A stretch of 64,000 nt of DNA, taken from an uncultured Leptospirales bacterium (GTDB taxonomy: Bacteria > Spirochaetota > UBA4802 > UBA5550). The position numbers and the translations under genes were made by a program. This document shows, piece by piece, positions 36,901-46,782 of this stretch. The stretch spans positions 69,610-133,609 of the forward strand of contig CAYVCQ010000010.1 in the NCBI GenBank assembly GCA_964450405.1, read 5' to 3'. The notes beneath the pieces were generated by a model. The model had not been told where the DNA came from. It did no database searches and saw only the letters and a list, made by a program, of their open reading frames with translations. The stretch's first letter is position 1, and each line of letters starts with the position of its first letter.

Positions 36901-39346
36901 AAACGGACGAATTGTCGAATTCGACAGCATTGTACACGATATAACAGAGAGAAAAGCCGCTGAGGATGCCTTGCGTGAAAGTGAAATGCGCTATCAGCAG
37001 CTCATGGAGAATGTAAGTGATTGTGTTTTTATCTGCAAGCTTGATGGTCATTTCAAATATATTAATCATGCAATTACCCGGATATTCGGCATGAGTCAGA
37101 GCGATTTAATAGGGGCACACTTTTTATCAATCGTACATCCGGATTATCGTGATAAGCAGATTGAATTTTATCGAAAGCAGGTGATGGAAAATATCGAAAT
37201 AACCCGTTGTGAATTTCCCGTTCTAATGAAAAACGGTGAAATTGTTTGGGTTGGTCAGACTGTCAGAATGATAAAAAATAATGAGGGAGAAATAGAATTT
37301 TACGGTATAGCCCGGGATATTTCCAATCTTAAAAAAGCTGAGGATGCACGCCGTGATCTGGAGGAGGCGAAAACCCGTTTTTTCGCAAACATCTCCCACG
37401 AAATACGAACACCGCTAACTCTTATGCTCGGGCCGATTGAATCTGTCCTTCAGGGGGACTATGGAAAAGAGATCGGGAATGATTTTTTTAAAAGTCTTCA
37501 TCGTAATACATTGAGTCTATTAAAACTTGTGAACAATCTCCTCGATTTTTCTAAAATTGAAGCCGGTAAAATGGTTTTGAATGTACAGGAAGGGGATATG
37601 GTCTATTTTGCAAATCATTATATATCCAGTATTCAGCAGGCAGGCAAATTAAAAAATATTAATCTGAATTTGAAATCATCTGCCGATTCGATTATGATCT
37701 TCTTTGATCCTGAAAGGCTGGATAAAGTTTTTATGAATCTTCTTTCAAATGCGTTAAAGTTTACCGGAGAGGGCGGAACAATTTCTATCAATCTTATTGA
37801 TGATGAGGATTATTGTCGAATAGTAGTGTCCGACACCGGAGAGGGAATACCTGAGAACAGCATGGAGGTAATATTCGACCGCTTCAGTCAGGCGGATACA
37901 ACTTCTACCAGGAAGTATGAAGGTACAGGTATAGGTCTTGCACTGGTGAAGGAACTAGTGGAACTGCACGGAGGATCGATCACTCTGGAAAGCCGATATA
38001 TCGAAAAATACCCCGATGATCACGGGTCAGTCTTTACTGTGAGTCTGCCGAAGGGTATAGCTCACCTTGAAAACAGGGCATATGTTAAATTTTCCGAAAA
38101 GAGCAATCTTGATGATTATGTAAAAGATTACCGGTTAATTGGAATCCGCGAGATTGAATCATCAGGAAATTCTGAACCGGTTCCTTCTGCCGGGGTGCAG
38201 GTCGATGAAATGTTAAACTCCGGTATGAAAAAAACTGTACTGGTTGTTGATGACAATGAGGACATGCGGAATTTCATGAAGGTACTTCTCCGGAAGCATT
38301 ACCGTATAATACTTGCAGTGAATGGAGAGGAAGGGATCAGCATCGCCAGAAGTCAGAGACCTGATCTCATTCTAACAGATGTTATGATGCCTGTAATGAA
38401 CGGTTTTGAGATGACATCGATAATAAAGAACGATGACGATCTAAAAACAATCCCTGTAATAATGCTCACGGCAGATACCGAACTTATGAATAAAGTAACA
38501 GGACTTGAAAATGGAGCTGATGATTACCTGCATAAACCTTTTAACTCAATGGAGCTTATCACGCGCATCTCTTCACTTATGAAAAATTATGAATATCAGC
38601 AGATCATAAGCCGCAGGAATTCAGATATTGAAAGCGAACTTGAAGTGGCCCGACAGCTGCAGCATCGTCTTCTACCGCTATCGATGCCTGAAATTTCCGG
38701 ATATAATGAATATGCAGTCTATATTCCAATGGACAAAATCGGCGGAGATTTTTACGATATCGAAAATCGTGATGGATTTCTTAATCTGTTTATTGCCGAT
38801 GTCTCCGGGCATGGTCTTCCGGGTGCTTTTCTGGCAACAGTGACAAAAATTGCTCTTGATAATATTGCTGTCCGCACCGCATCAAACAAAGTCCTCTATC
38901 TACTAAATAATGTTATTCTCCGGCATACTGTGAAGAGTCATTTTGTTACAGCATTTTTTGCAATGATTGACATCAGTACAAATGTTATGCGGTACGCAAA
39001 TGCAGGTCACACACCTTCGATTCTTTATCGTAAAAAAAATGATGAATTAATTGAGCTTCGTACCAAGGGAAAACCTCTGGGCTGGTTTAATGATATTCAT
39101 ATTGAAGAAAAAACAATTCAGCTTGAATCCGGTGATAGAATAATATTCTATACAGACGGTATTACAGAGTGCAGCAATTCTTCTGATGAGCTTTATGAGG
39201 ATGAGCGATTTATAAAAGCAATTAAAGATTATTCCGGATTGTCTGCCGAAATGTTTTCAAAAGAACTCATGAAGGAGCTTGAGTTATTTAACGGCGGCAG
39301 CTCATTCGATGATGATATTACAATGATGGTAATTGACGTACTATGA
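33992..39346 (+). CDS. Giant multidomain signalling protein: duplicated polytopic membrane module, GAF-like region, about 4 PAS/PAC domains, histidine kinase (HisKA+HATPase_c), receiver domain, and a C-terminal PP2C (SpoIIE) phosphatase
   Basis: About 14 N-terminal TM helices with an internal duplication (LGNMPALNGINIYPPGNFAFIPMLFMAWGIFRH vs LGNIPAMNGYGFYPVGNFIFIPVTFFAIALFRH). HisKA H-box (FFANISHEIRTPL). HATPase G-boxes (DTGEGIP, GTGIGL). REC (LVVDDNEDMRNF ... DLILTDVMMPVMNGFE). PP2C (GGDFYDI ... IADVSGHGLPGAF ... FYTDGITE). Confidence 0.85.
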   Translation: MQGIQDILNIFMIPPILFLITGVSVGVFSFIKGKRQLETVLFALICVWYSLLMPVFISHHIFKGNISLIMKIERCIHVLYVYGPAILILFSHSLVNKKNRIIEIGAFIFAFIISLFVFTDYYFSGIWIYNWGYIAKGGNVFQIFGLFAMSAIVYSFVLSIKKLKTDIDIQTRLKIKFIMFAVLAIGILTLGNMPALNGINIYPPGNFAFIPMLFMAWGIFRHDAIKINLYTKRRIAGTIVRIFITLMLLAAIPIGFWAIGSYSFSHIIDKTLHYGIPPFISFLCCVFLSYLSLRLGDYRKESIIFSLLMLVYALLSIDIYLNCIITDPVIGLRVSRFSHPFVVFLPALGMHLIRVVTGRRSVNRLLCLNYIISIFLLAFSQSNYYLQGMNVYSWGLFAKKAILFDVMSVVSASTLIYNIVILISAYRHSGNRFFRHRFLFLLIGFASTAILSLGNIPAMNGYGFYPVGNFIFIPVTFFAIALFRHNIPELIRFGGSFSYFGVMSGGVFAAVYLLSVKHSDKYLPLYTGLSIFSILIFDFFLRRLRDGISGRHIKHLQIALENLSDKLSRVRTLDDIAGCISQSFFYDLDCGECSVLIHQENTGEYKGNKFMNRRHEFISGKNLDERLSFITIPSDHPLLGYVETKYSPVKQENIEFWLLNNERAVEMNDPLRRAEIILPVFFENRLSAIILLGVKSSGSMYSSYETAFLYQLGIILGPHIENAGILQRLENTLEERTGKLRDSEKKYRTLLQTNNVGFFEIDLSGKIVSCNDVVLSFTGYTQEEFIGMSFLKIMTPEISKKIFSEYHRVFLKEVGLGSIEHEVIRKDGSLGFVETTVSAIIDKSGNVTGFSTIAVDVSNRKSVENALRESEKKYRHFIENANEIIYKSDWRGNFIYSNPACQKMVEYSNDEISHMNYLDFIPPENRETEYEFYKNQLKNKIDETHRELSLITKSGKILWVEQDVRSVKDENGRIVEFDSIVHDITERKAAEDALRESEMRYQQLMENVSDCVFICKLDGHFKYINHAITRIFGMSQSDLIGAHFLSIVHPDYRDKQIEFYRKQVMENIEITRCEFPVLMKNGEIVWVGQTVRMIKNNEGEIEFYGIARDISNLKKAEDARRDLEEAKTRFFANISHEIRTPLTLMLGPIESVLQGDYGKEIGNDFFKSLHRNTLSLLKLVNNLLDFSKIEAGKMVLNVQEGDMVYFANHYISSIQQAGKLKNINLNLKSSADSIMIFFDPERLDKVFMNLLSNALKFTGEGGTISINLIDDEDYCRIVVSDTGEGIPENSMEVIFDRFSQADTTSTRKYEGTGIGLALVKELVELHGGSITLESRYIEKYPDDHGSVFTVSLPKGIAHLENRAYVKFSEKSNLDDYVKDYRLIGIREIESSGNSEPVPSAGVQVDEMLNSGMKKTVLVVDDNEDMRNFMKVLLRKHYRIILAVNGEEGISIARSQRPDLILTDVMMPVMNGFEMTSIIKNDDDLKTIPVIMLTADTELMNKVTGLENGADDYLHKPFNSMELITRISSLMKNYEYQQIISRRNSDIESELEVARQLQHRLLPLSMPEISGYNEYAVYIPMDKIGGDFYDIENRDGFLNLFIADVSGHGLPGAFLATVTKIALDNIAVRTASNKVLYLLNNVILRHTVKSHFVTAFFAMIDISTNVMRYANAGHTPSILYRKKNDELIELRTKGKPLGWFNDIHIEEKTIQLESGDRIIFYTDGITECSNSSDELYEDERFIKAIKDYSGLSAEMFSKELMKELELFNGGSSFDDDITMMVIDVL

Positions 39347-39771
39347 TTTTATAAATATTAAAGCGCTTAAAAAAATAATCCGGTTCTCCAGTAAATATTC
39401 TCCCGAATTTTAAAAAAGAGAAAAGTCTGAAGAGTAGATATATTAATCTCGACAAGATAAATAGAGCATTCTGTCAATCGAAACAAATCCTGCGCTTATA
39501 GTAACCTGTTTAAGAAATAATTATTTTAATTAAAATTCTACTATGAATATATTTATAATTAAGAAATTTTTGTAATTATGGAACTTTTCTATTGCAAAAA
39601 GGGTCTAAATATGGTAGCTGTTTTAAAACTGATGTGTTTAGTTTGTAAATATGCTACTTAACAAGATCGTGAAATTTATTTTTAAAAAAACCGGACTTAA
39701 TCAGAACACCATCAGTTTCAATTTAGATTATTGATAATTACAAAATAAATTAAATAAAAGCAGGAATCATT

Positions 39772-40692
39772 ATGAAAAAGAAAATTCTGTTTATCAGCTG
39801 TCTGATAATCATTTTTTCGATAATAGGGTTTAACATCTATCAGAAAATACAGAAGTCCAAACGTGCTCCAAGGTCAAACGAGTTTGCCGTAGGTGTACAG
39901 CTTCTAAAAAAGGAAATGGTGGATATTTCTTATGAGTTTAACGGTATTTTAGAGGGAGATCCTCAGGTGAAAGTTTACTCTGATATCACCGGAAAATTTA
40001 TACGTAATGCAGTTTCAGAAGGCGGGTATGTTAATAGGGGCGGTGCTATTGCCTTTATAGACAGGGATATCATCGGGCAGGAATTTCAGCCGGCAATGAT
40101 CGTTTCACCAATCAGTGGAATGGTTAAGAAACTTTACTTCTCGGACCGTGGAGCTGCTGTAAACACAGCTCTACCTATTGCGGAAATTGCCAATACGGAG
40201 AGGGTAAAAGTAGTAGTGAATATAGGTCAGGAGAATATCGGAAAAATCAGAAAAGGAATGCAGGCACGGATATCTCAGGTTTTTGATTCTTCAATAAGTA
40301 TTTATTCATCCGTTTCTTCTGTAACTCCATTTGTAGATAGTGATACTCTTACTGGTTCATTTGAAGTTAAAGCTCCGGGAGTTAAGAGTATGACTATCGG
40401 TTCTTCTGTTACGGTAAGTGTTGTAACCGGAAAAATTAGCGCTTTCATGGTTCCCCTGGGAGCGGTTAATATGGGAATCAATGAGGTATATGTTTTTGTA
40501 AATGACAAAGGTAAAGCGCGTAAGGTCGCTGTTACTCAGGGATATATAAGCAGAGATAAAGTTCAGATATCCGGAGATTTTAAAGAGGGAGATGAGCTTA
40601 TAACTGATGGAAGTTTCAAATTATCAGAAGGATCAAGTGTGAAAATTGTGGGAGATCAGCAGAAAGGTGACGATAAAGGGACGCAGAAATGA
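39772..40692 (+). CDS. RND efflux periplasmic adaptor (membrane fusion protein, HlyD family)
   Basis: N-terminal TM anchor, lipoyl/beta-barrel adaptor architecture. Its stop overlaps the start of the RND pump gene. Confidence 0.7.
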   Translation: MKKKILFISCLIIIFSIIGFNIYQKIQKSKRAPRSNEFAVGVQLLKKEMVDISYEFNGILEGDPQVKVYSDITGKFIRNAVSEGGYVNRGGAIAFIDRDIIGQEFQPAMIVSPISGMVKKLYFSDRGAAVNTALPIAEIANTERVKVVVNIGQENIGKIRKGMQARISQVFDSSISIYSSVSSVTPFVDSDTLTGSFEVKAPGVKSMTIGSSVTVSVVTGKISAFMVPLGAVNMGINEVYVFVNDKGKARKVAVTQGYISRDKVQISGDFKEGDELITDGSFKLSEGSSVKIVGDQQKGDDKGTQK

Positions 40693-43600
40693 ATATAGCT
40701 CAACTTGCAATTAAAAAACCGGTTTTCATTGTGATGATACTTGCTTCGATTATCACTCTCGGTGTTATCGGATATACAAGACTTCCTGTTGATCTTCTTC
40801 CGAATGTCGAATTTCCCACGCTGGTTGTGACAACACAATATCCCGGAGCTTCATCTGCTGAAATTGAAACTCTCATCACAAAACCTCTTGAGAATGCTCT
40901 GGCCAATGTTGAGGGACTGGATACTCTCTCTTCACAATCGCGTGAAGGTGTATCGAGAGTAAATATTACATTCCGGATTGGAGTAGATATTAAATTTGCA
41001 GAGCTTAAGGTTCGTGCCAAGGTCGATCAGGCTAGGCAGAAACTTCCTGACGATGTAACAGATCCGGTAATCAACCGCTTCTCGACAGATGACAGTCCCA
41101 TTATGTTCCTGTCAATTCAGGGGAATAAATCTCTCAGCGATCTGCGTGAAATTCTGGAGAATAATATCCAGCCGAAGATTGAATCTATCAATGGTGTCGG
41201 ATCAATTTCAATTCAGGGCGCTCAGCAGAAAATAATAAAAATTACTGTAAATGGAGATCTTTTAAGGGCGAACGGAATCAGTTATACTCAGATCAAAGAT
41301 GCTATTACCAAAAAAAATGTAAGTATCCCTGTGGGTGACATCAGGCCGATGAGCAAATTCACAACATTGCGGGTCTACGGTAAGGCCGAATCGATAACTG
41401 AAATTGCAGGTAAAACTATTTCAACATCAAGCGGTAAAATTATCAGGATTTCCGATGTTGCGAAAGTTGAAATGTCATCGGTCGATCCCGATACCCGGGC
41501 CCGGGTCAAAAGTGAAAACGCAGTTATGTTCCGTCTTTACAAACAAAGCGGTAGCAATACAGTTGAAGTTTCGAAAGCCTTGCGAAACGAACTTCCGGCA
41601 ATTCAAAAACTTCTTCCGCCTGATGTGAAGATAAAAATTGTAAGTGATACTGCAGATGCAATAAATAGAAGTATTCAGGGTGTACAGCATGATATTCTTT
41701 TAGGAGCATTCCTTTCGATTATTATTGTATGGTTTTTTCTCGGTAATTTCCGTTCAACAATTATTACTGCAGTCGCTCTCCCTACATCTATTCTGGGTGC
41801 ATTCTTTTTTGTGAATGCTGCAGGTTTTTCGATTAATACAATGACACTACTGGCTCTCTCGCTCTCTGTGGGGCTGTTGATAGATGACTCGATTGTCGTG
41901 CGGGAAAATATTTTCAGATATATAGAGCTTGGTGATGATCCGAAGACCGCTGCGGTGAAGGGTACAAACGAGGTCGCCCTTGCGGTTATCTCTACAACGC
42001 TTTCGATTATGGCGGTCTTTATTCCCATCTCATTACTACAGGGTGTTATCGGACAGTTTTTCAAAGAGTTCGGATTTACAATTGCGTTTGCTCTGGGAAT
42101 TTCACTTATAGATGCGTTCACCTCTGCGCCGATGCTCTCCGCCTACTGGTACAGGCATACCGACAAGGCCCATGCAAAGGGGATGAGTCTTTTTTTTATA
42201 AATCTTTCCGGCCAATGGAATACAATTTATGAAAGAATAAATGAATTATATCATAGAGTTCTTCACTGGAGTCTTGATAACAAGAAAATTGTTATGATCC
42301 CGATTATATTCCTTTTCGTTATCTGTATGTATGCATCGCGTTTTATAGGAAGCAACTTTATGTCAAATACAGATTCAGGATCAATCGGATTTGATATTCA
42401 GGCATACCCCGGCGCTTCATTTGATGAGGTAGATCAGTATCTGAAAAAAATAGAAGAATATGTTGCACAACAGAAAGAAGTGGCAGTGTTTTACACTACA
42501 CTTGGCGATCAGGGTCTAATCAATGCCGGAGCGGTTGATATCGAACTAAAACCAATTAAAGATAGAGAAATAACCACGCAGCAGATGATTGCACGGCTCC
42601 GGAAGTTCACAAAGGGCACTCTTGAAAAAAATCTTGTTATCCGGATATCTGAAAAGACAGTGAATATGACTGGAACAGGCGGAGGCGGATCCGGAATTCA
42701 ATTGATTCTTAATGGCTCCGACCTCAAGGTGCTGGATGAACTGGCTCAAAGAGTATTTGCTGTTGTCTCTGCAACGCAGGGTGCAACAGACGCTAATTCA
42801 TCGTCTCAACCCGGAAATCCGGAGATAGTTATCAAACTGGATCCGGTTAAGGCAGAGAAACTCGGATTTAACGAAAATGAACTTGGAACTTCTCTTCGCG
42901 ATCTTATACAGGGCTCAACGATATCAACCTTTACACTTGCTGATAAAGAATATGACATCATCCTGCGTCTGAGAGAAGAAGACCGGAACAGTGTTGAAGA
43001 TATAAAAAATATAATCATCACCGCAAAAAATGGAACAAAACTTCCTCTGTCGGCAATTGCAGACTTTTCGTATTCATCATCACCCGTACGCATTGCCCGT
43101 GAAAACAAACAGCGCATTGTGCGGATCAGCGCGAATATTGCTGATGGATCTTCCATGACCGAAGTCATCAGCAGGATTGACGAAGGCATCTCGAAAAATA
43201 TAGTATTCCCCAATGGATACGGATATTACTACAGCGGACAACAGAAACAATTCGCGGATCTTCAAAAGCAGATTATATTTGCAGTATTCATTGCGCTTAT
43301 ATTTATGTATATGATTCTTGCTTCGCTGTATAACTCTTTTGTTCAGCCGATAGTCCTCATGGCATCGATTCCGCTTGCAATTATCGGATCATATCTGGCA
43401 CTGCTGCTGACAAATGTAGATCTTGATATCTACGGTTATATAGGACTACTGCTTGTTCTGGGACTTGTTGCAAAGAACGCAATTCTACTGATAGACTTTA
43501 CCAACAAGATGCGTGACGATGGGATGACTATACGGGAAGCTCTTCTTCACGCGAGTCCAATCCGGCTTAGACCGATTTTAATGACAAGTTTTGCGATGAT

Positions 43601-43874
43601 TTTCGGGATGCTCCCCCTTGCGCTTGGAATGAATGAAGGATCACGCGGCCGGGAAGCGCTGCCGGTCACTGTAATCGGAGGTATTATAACCTCTACATTC
43701 CTTACACTGATAGTTATACCGGTTCTCTATGAATGGGTTGAAGCAATACTTGAAAAAAGAAAGATCCATGCGGAAATTTCAGATGATGTTATAAGTAATA
43801 TCTATATATCACCTTTGCCTGATTTACCGGAAGAGAAACCGAAACGCAAAAAGAAAAAAAACACCCGGATTTGA
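40689..43874 (+). CDS. RND family efflux transporter permease (AcrB/CzcA-like, 1061 aa)
   Basis: 12-TM architecture with two large periplasmic loops. Conserved AcrB motifs (ALSLSVGLLIDDSIVVREN, LVLGLVAKNAILLIDF). Confidence 0.85.
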   Translation: MNIAQLAIKKPVFIVMILASIITLGVIGYTRLPVDLLPNVEFPTLVVTTQYPGASSAEIETLITKPLENALANVEGLDTLSSQSREGVSRVNITFRIGVDIKFAELKVRAKVDQARQKLPDDVTDPVINRFSTDDSPIMFLSIQGNKSLSDLREILENNIQPKIESINGVGSISIQGAQQKIIKITVNGDLLRANGISYTQIKDAITKKNVSIPVGDIRPMSKFTTLRVYGKAESITEIAGKTISTSSGKIIRISDVAKVEMSSVDPDTRARVKSENAVMFRLYKQSGSNTVEVSKALRNELPAIQKLLPPDVKIKIVSDTADAINRSIQGVQHDILLGAFLSIIIVWFFLGNFRSTIITAVALPTSILGAFFFVNAAGFSINTMTLLALSLSVGLLIDDSIVVRENIFRYIELGDDPKTAAVKGTNEVALAVISTTLSIMAVFIPISLLQGVIGQFFKEFGFTIAFALGISLIDAFTSAPMLSAYWYRHTDKAHAKGMSLFFINLSGQWNTIYERINELYHRVLHWSLDNKKIVMIPIIFLFVICMYASRFIGSNFMSNTDSGSIGFDIQAYPGASFDEVDQYLKKIEEYVAQQKEVAVFYTTLGDQGLINAGAVDIELKPIKDREITTQQMIARLRKFTKGTLEKNLVIRISEKTVNMTGTGGGGSGIQLILNGSDLKVLDELAQRVFAVVSATQGATDANSSSQPGNPEIVIKLDPVKAEKLGFNENELGTSLRDLIQGSTISTFTLADKEYDIILRLREEDRNSVEDIKNIIITAKNGTKLPLSAIADFSYSSSPVRIARENKQRIVRISANIADGSSMTEVISRIDEGISKNIVFPNGYGYYYSGQQKQFADLQKQIIFAVFIALIFMYMILASLYNSFVQPIVLMASIPLAIIGSYLALLLTNVDLDIYGYIGLLLVLGLVAKNAILLIDFTNKMRDDGMTIREALLHASPIRLRPILMTSFAMIFGMLPLALGMNEGSRGREALPVTVIGGIITSTFLTLIVIPVLYEWVEAILEKRKIHAEISDDVISNIYISPLPDLPEEKPKRKKKKNTRI

Positions 43875-43895
43875 TATGCGGCAGGAGAATATTTC

Positions 43896-45254
43896 ATGAA
43901 GAGACTTTATATAACCGCAGCAATATGTTTACTGCCGTTTATTATTCTTACAGCGCAGGATGCCGGAAAGCTGAGCCTGCGTGATGCGATTACTCAGGCA
44001 TTGACCGAGAACAATTCCTATAAAAGCAACAGGTCAAAGGTTGCTGAGTCTCAGGCACAGCTTGACGAAGCATGGGGAGCTCTCTGGCCGGTGCTGGCTT
44101 CTGATGCTTCATATCTTAAATCAGGTGAAGAGTCCGCGTCGGGGACAAAGATTGATTCACAGTACCTTTTAAATATTGTAAATTGTTCAATATCGTTAAA
44201 TCCCGGAACAGTTTATAATTCAATTATGGCAGCACGTGATGAGAGGATCATTGCAGAAAATAATCTGCGGGTTACGCGGGGAGAAATTGAGAAGTCAACA
44301 ATTAAGCTTTTCTACAACCTGATTCTAGCCCGAGAAACAGTGAGGATCCAGACAGAGTCGGCTGATTCTCTGAGGGAAAACTTAAAATTAGTCTCTGCTG
44401 CATATGAACGAGGAAGAGCATCCCGTCTTGATTTTCTTACTGCAAAATTGACCCTGGCAAATTCCGAAACTGATCTTCATAATGCAGAGAGCAGCGCCGA
44501 GACTGCACTGGCAGCACTAAATATTAATCTTGGCAATAGTGTAGATATGGCTATTGTACAGGATGACTCCTTTAAGGAAATTCCATCCGATGAAAAAGAA
44601 ATTATGATGCTCGATCCGGAAAAACGGTCGGCGTTCATAAACACTCTGGCATCTGAATCTTTAAAAAACAGACCGGAGCTTATAATAAAGAGAACTACCG
44701 TAGAGCAGTATAAACATAATGAAGGAATTCAGTCCGCAACGTATCTCTGGCCCTCTTTTTTTGTAAACGGAAAATACAGTAAATCCAGATATAATCCCGA
44801 GTCCGGATTGACTGCTTCGGGCGTCATGAATGAACAATGGACTGATTCATGGTCTGTCGCAATGGGCGCTACTTACAGATGGGGTTCCGTTGTACCATGG
44901 GATGCCTCAAATTCGCGGAAGCGGCAGCAGGAAGAAAAAAAGAAACAGGCACAATATGATCTGGATGACTTTGTGAAACAGATTACCCTTGATGTAATTC
45001 AGAACTACTCAAGTATGAGAGCCGCTTACAGCGCGATAGTTTCTCAGAAGGCTAATGTTATGATTGCAGAAGAGAATATGAAGGCCGCACAGGCGCAGTT
45101 CAGAAATGGTGTAATCGACAATAGTAAACTTCTTGAAGCAAATATTCAGCTTATTAAAACAAGAAGCAATTATATTCAGGCGCTTGTTTCATATTCAATT
45201 GCCAAGTCTTCACTTAATAACATTATCGGGCGTGAATATTTCAATCTGTATTGA
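43896..45254 (+). CDS. TolC-like outer membrane efflux protein
   Basis: Signal peptide. Two-repeat OEP architecture with coiled-coil segments. Final gene of the MFP-RND-OMP operon. Confidence 0.7.
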   Translation: MKRLYITAAICLLPFIILTAQDAGKLSLRDAITQALTENNSYKSNRSKVAESQAQLDEAWGALWPVLASDASYLKSGEESASGTKIDSQYLLNIVNCSISLNPGTVYNSIMAARDERIIAENNLRVTRGEIEKSTIKLFYNLILARETVRIQTESADSLRENLKLVSAAYERGRASRLDFLTAKLTLANSETDLHNAESSAETALAALNINLGNSVDMAIVQDDSFKEIPSDEKEIMMLDPEKRSAFINTLASESLKNRPELIIKRTTVEQYKHNEGIQSATYLWPSFFVNGKYSKSRYNPESGLTASGVMNEQWTDSWSVAMGATYRWGSVVPWDASNSRKRQQEEKKKQAQYDLDDFVKQITLDVIQNYSSMRAAYSAIVSQKANVMIAEENMKAAQAQFRNGVIDNSKLLEANIQLIKTRSNYIQALVSYSIAKSSLNNIIGREYFNLY

Positions 45255-45485
45255 GTGTTTATAATTCACCGTTGTTCCAGATGACTTATGTGATTTATCT
45301 GAAGGGGCAATGTCTGATTTTTATTTATAAAATGGGCTCTTTCCGGAAAGTTGGGAAAATAAATAATTTAATTCAAACCTTCAAGCCCCCTATCCCCGGT
45401 CGGTTGCACCGGGTATATCAGTTATATCGCTGTTAGTTTTAATATTGTTATGATTCATAAATTCACTAATAATTTCTCTCTTGCG

Positions 45486-45503
45486 TGCCCCCTCCGGGGG
45501 GCA
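45486..45503. terminator. GC hairpin (TGCCCCC-TCCG-GGGGGCA) between convergent genes
   Basis: Seen in the intergenic region shared by the 3' ends of the TolC-like (+) and ACAD-like (-) genes. A second CCCGGT/ACCGGG hairpin lies about 90 bp upstream. Confidence 0.4.
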
Positions 45504-45578
45504 GGGGGATATAGGAATGTCAATTATCCAAACATTCCGGAAGGAGCTGTAAAATGTTAATAAATAGAAATTAGAAAC

Positions 45579-46529
45579 CTATCCTTTAAAATTATCAAAT
45601 AAGAATACGTCTTTGAGTTTAACTCTCTCTGCTTCAGAAAGATTGCCTTCAACTTTTGAGTATGCTTTTTTAAATGTATCAACTATAAGGAAAAGTTTCT
45701 GGATCGGAATATTTTCAGTTTCAATCCTGTCGCTGTATGTACCTTCATCAATCTGTTTTGTCACTGAATCGGACTGGGTTTCTATGATAGAATAAATTTC
45801 TTCAGATTCAGAAATTTCTGCACCGGCATCAATGAGTATTTTTTCCGCATAAAGCAGAAACGCAAGGAATGCCTCAACGATTAATGACCGTTCCAGTATT
45901 GCCCATTTTTTCAGCATTCTTCTTACTTCCGATGGATTAATTCGCGGTATCTGGAAGTGCTTTAAAAATGTGTCACTCAAATGCAGTCTGGTATGGCTGA
46001 CACTGTTTAGAATTTCAAGTTTCAGGTCGGGGAGAGAGTCATCAGCTATTGAGGTCGGATCTATCACTGCAATACGGCTGATTTTTGCGTCTCCAGGCAT
46101 CCGGCATGATACTATCATCAGATCTGAACTTTTTCCTGCAGTGACAAATTTTTTTTCTCCTGTTACCTTAAATCCATCACCTGACTCCGTTAGTATCACA
46201 GGAGCCGCGGAATTTTCAGAGTGAGCAAGAGCACATAGAGAATTATGGTCTACTCTGCTCAGCATAGAGGATAGTTCTTTATCATTCTCAGATTTTAGTA
46301 CAATATCTTTAAGGATCGGTCTTATCAGGGCCGCCTGTACAATCCACAATACCGAGAGCCCAAGATCGCCGGTTTCTTTTGCTATAAGCATCGATGGCCG
46401 GCCTGTTCTGTAGAGTGTCAGATCCGGTCTGAATTGTCCTGAGAGACTGGTCCATATTTTCTTCTGTTCACCTATATCGGCGGTTCTTTGCAGATAGTTT
46501 GACTTAATCAGTTCCAGAAGTTCTGTCAT
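45579..46529 (-). CDS. Acyl-CoA dehydrogenase-fold protein (divergent, N-terminally short)
   Basis: Middle beta-domain pattern (GDGFKVTGEKKFVTAGKSSDLMIV) resembling ACADs (G-x-K-x-[FW]-[IV]-T-N/A-G). Only 316 aa and the catalytic Glu is not evident, so the call is weak. Confidence 0.35.
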   Translation of the reverse strand: MTELLELIKSNYLQRTADIGEQKKIWTSLSGQFRPDLTLYRTGRPSMLIAKETGDLGLSVLWIVQAALIRPILKDIVLKSENDKELSSMLSRVDHNSLCALAHSENSAAPVILTESGDGFKVTGEKKFVTAGKSSDLMIVSCRMPGDAKISRIAVIDPTSIADDSLPDLKLEILNSVSHTRLHLSDTFLKHFQIPRINPSEVRRMLKKWAILERSLIVEAFLAFLLYAEKILIDAGAEISESEEIYSIIETQSDSVTKQIDEGTYSDRIETENIPIQKLFLIVDTFKKAYSKVEGNLSEAERVKLKDVFLFDNFKG

Positions 46530-46782
46530 GTTGGCACCTCTTTGATCTCAGGATTAAAAGTATCTGCCCATAAACCAGCAGTTTAATTTCTTTACCCGCG
46601 CCTTCGGCGCGGGGAAAACCGTAATTACCTGCTGTCTTTGAGTAGTTACGATTTAAATTTTGAAAATTTACAGCAGTAGTATTGAATATTAAAACTGCAG
46701 GATAATGTCAAGCGATCTATTGAGATTATGGGAATAAAAGTTTAATGCTTTACATGCTTATTGAGAGCCTGATTCTTGTTTT

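Noticed and set aside
34840-38843. Internal small ORFs within the giant signalling gene (34840-35139 +, 35228-35446 -, 35524-35730 -, 36863-37069 -, 38628-38843 +)
   Set aside because: They overlap a continuous 1784-aa ORF whose domains (PAS, HisKA, HATPase, REC, PP2C) are all recognisable. Alternative-frame artefacts.
45251-45436. 61-aa ORF after the TolC-like gene
   Set aside because: It spans an intergenic region containing GC hairpins, has no RBS, and has odd composition. It is likely the terminator region read through in-frame.
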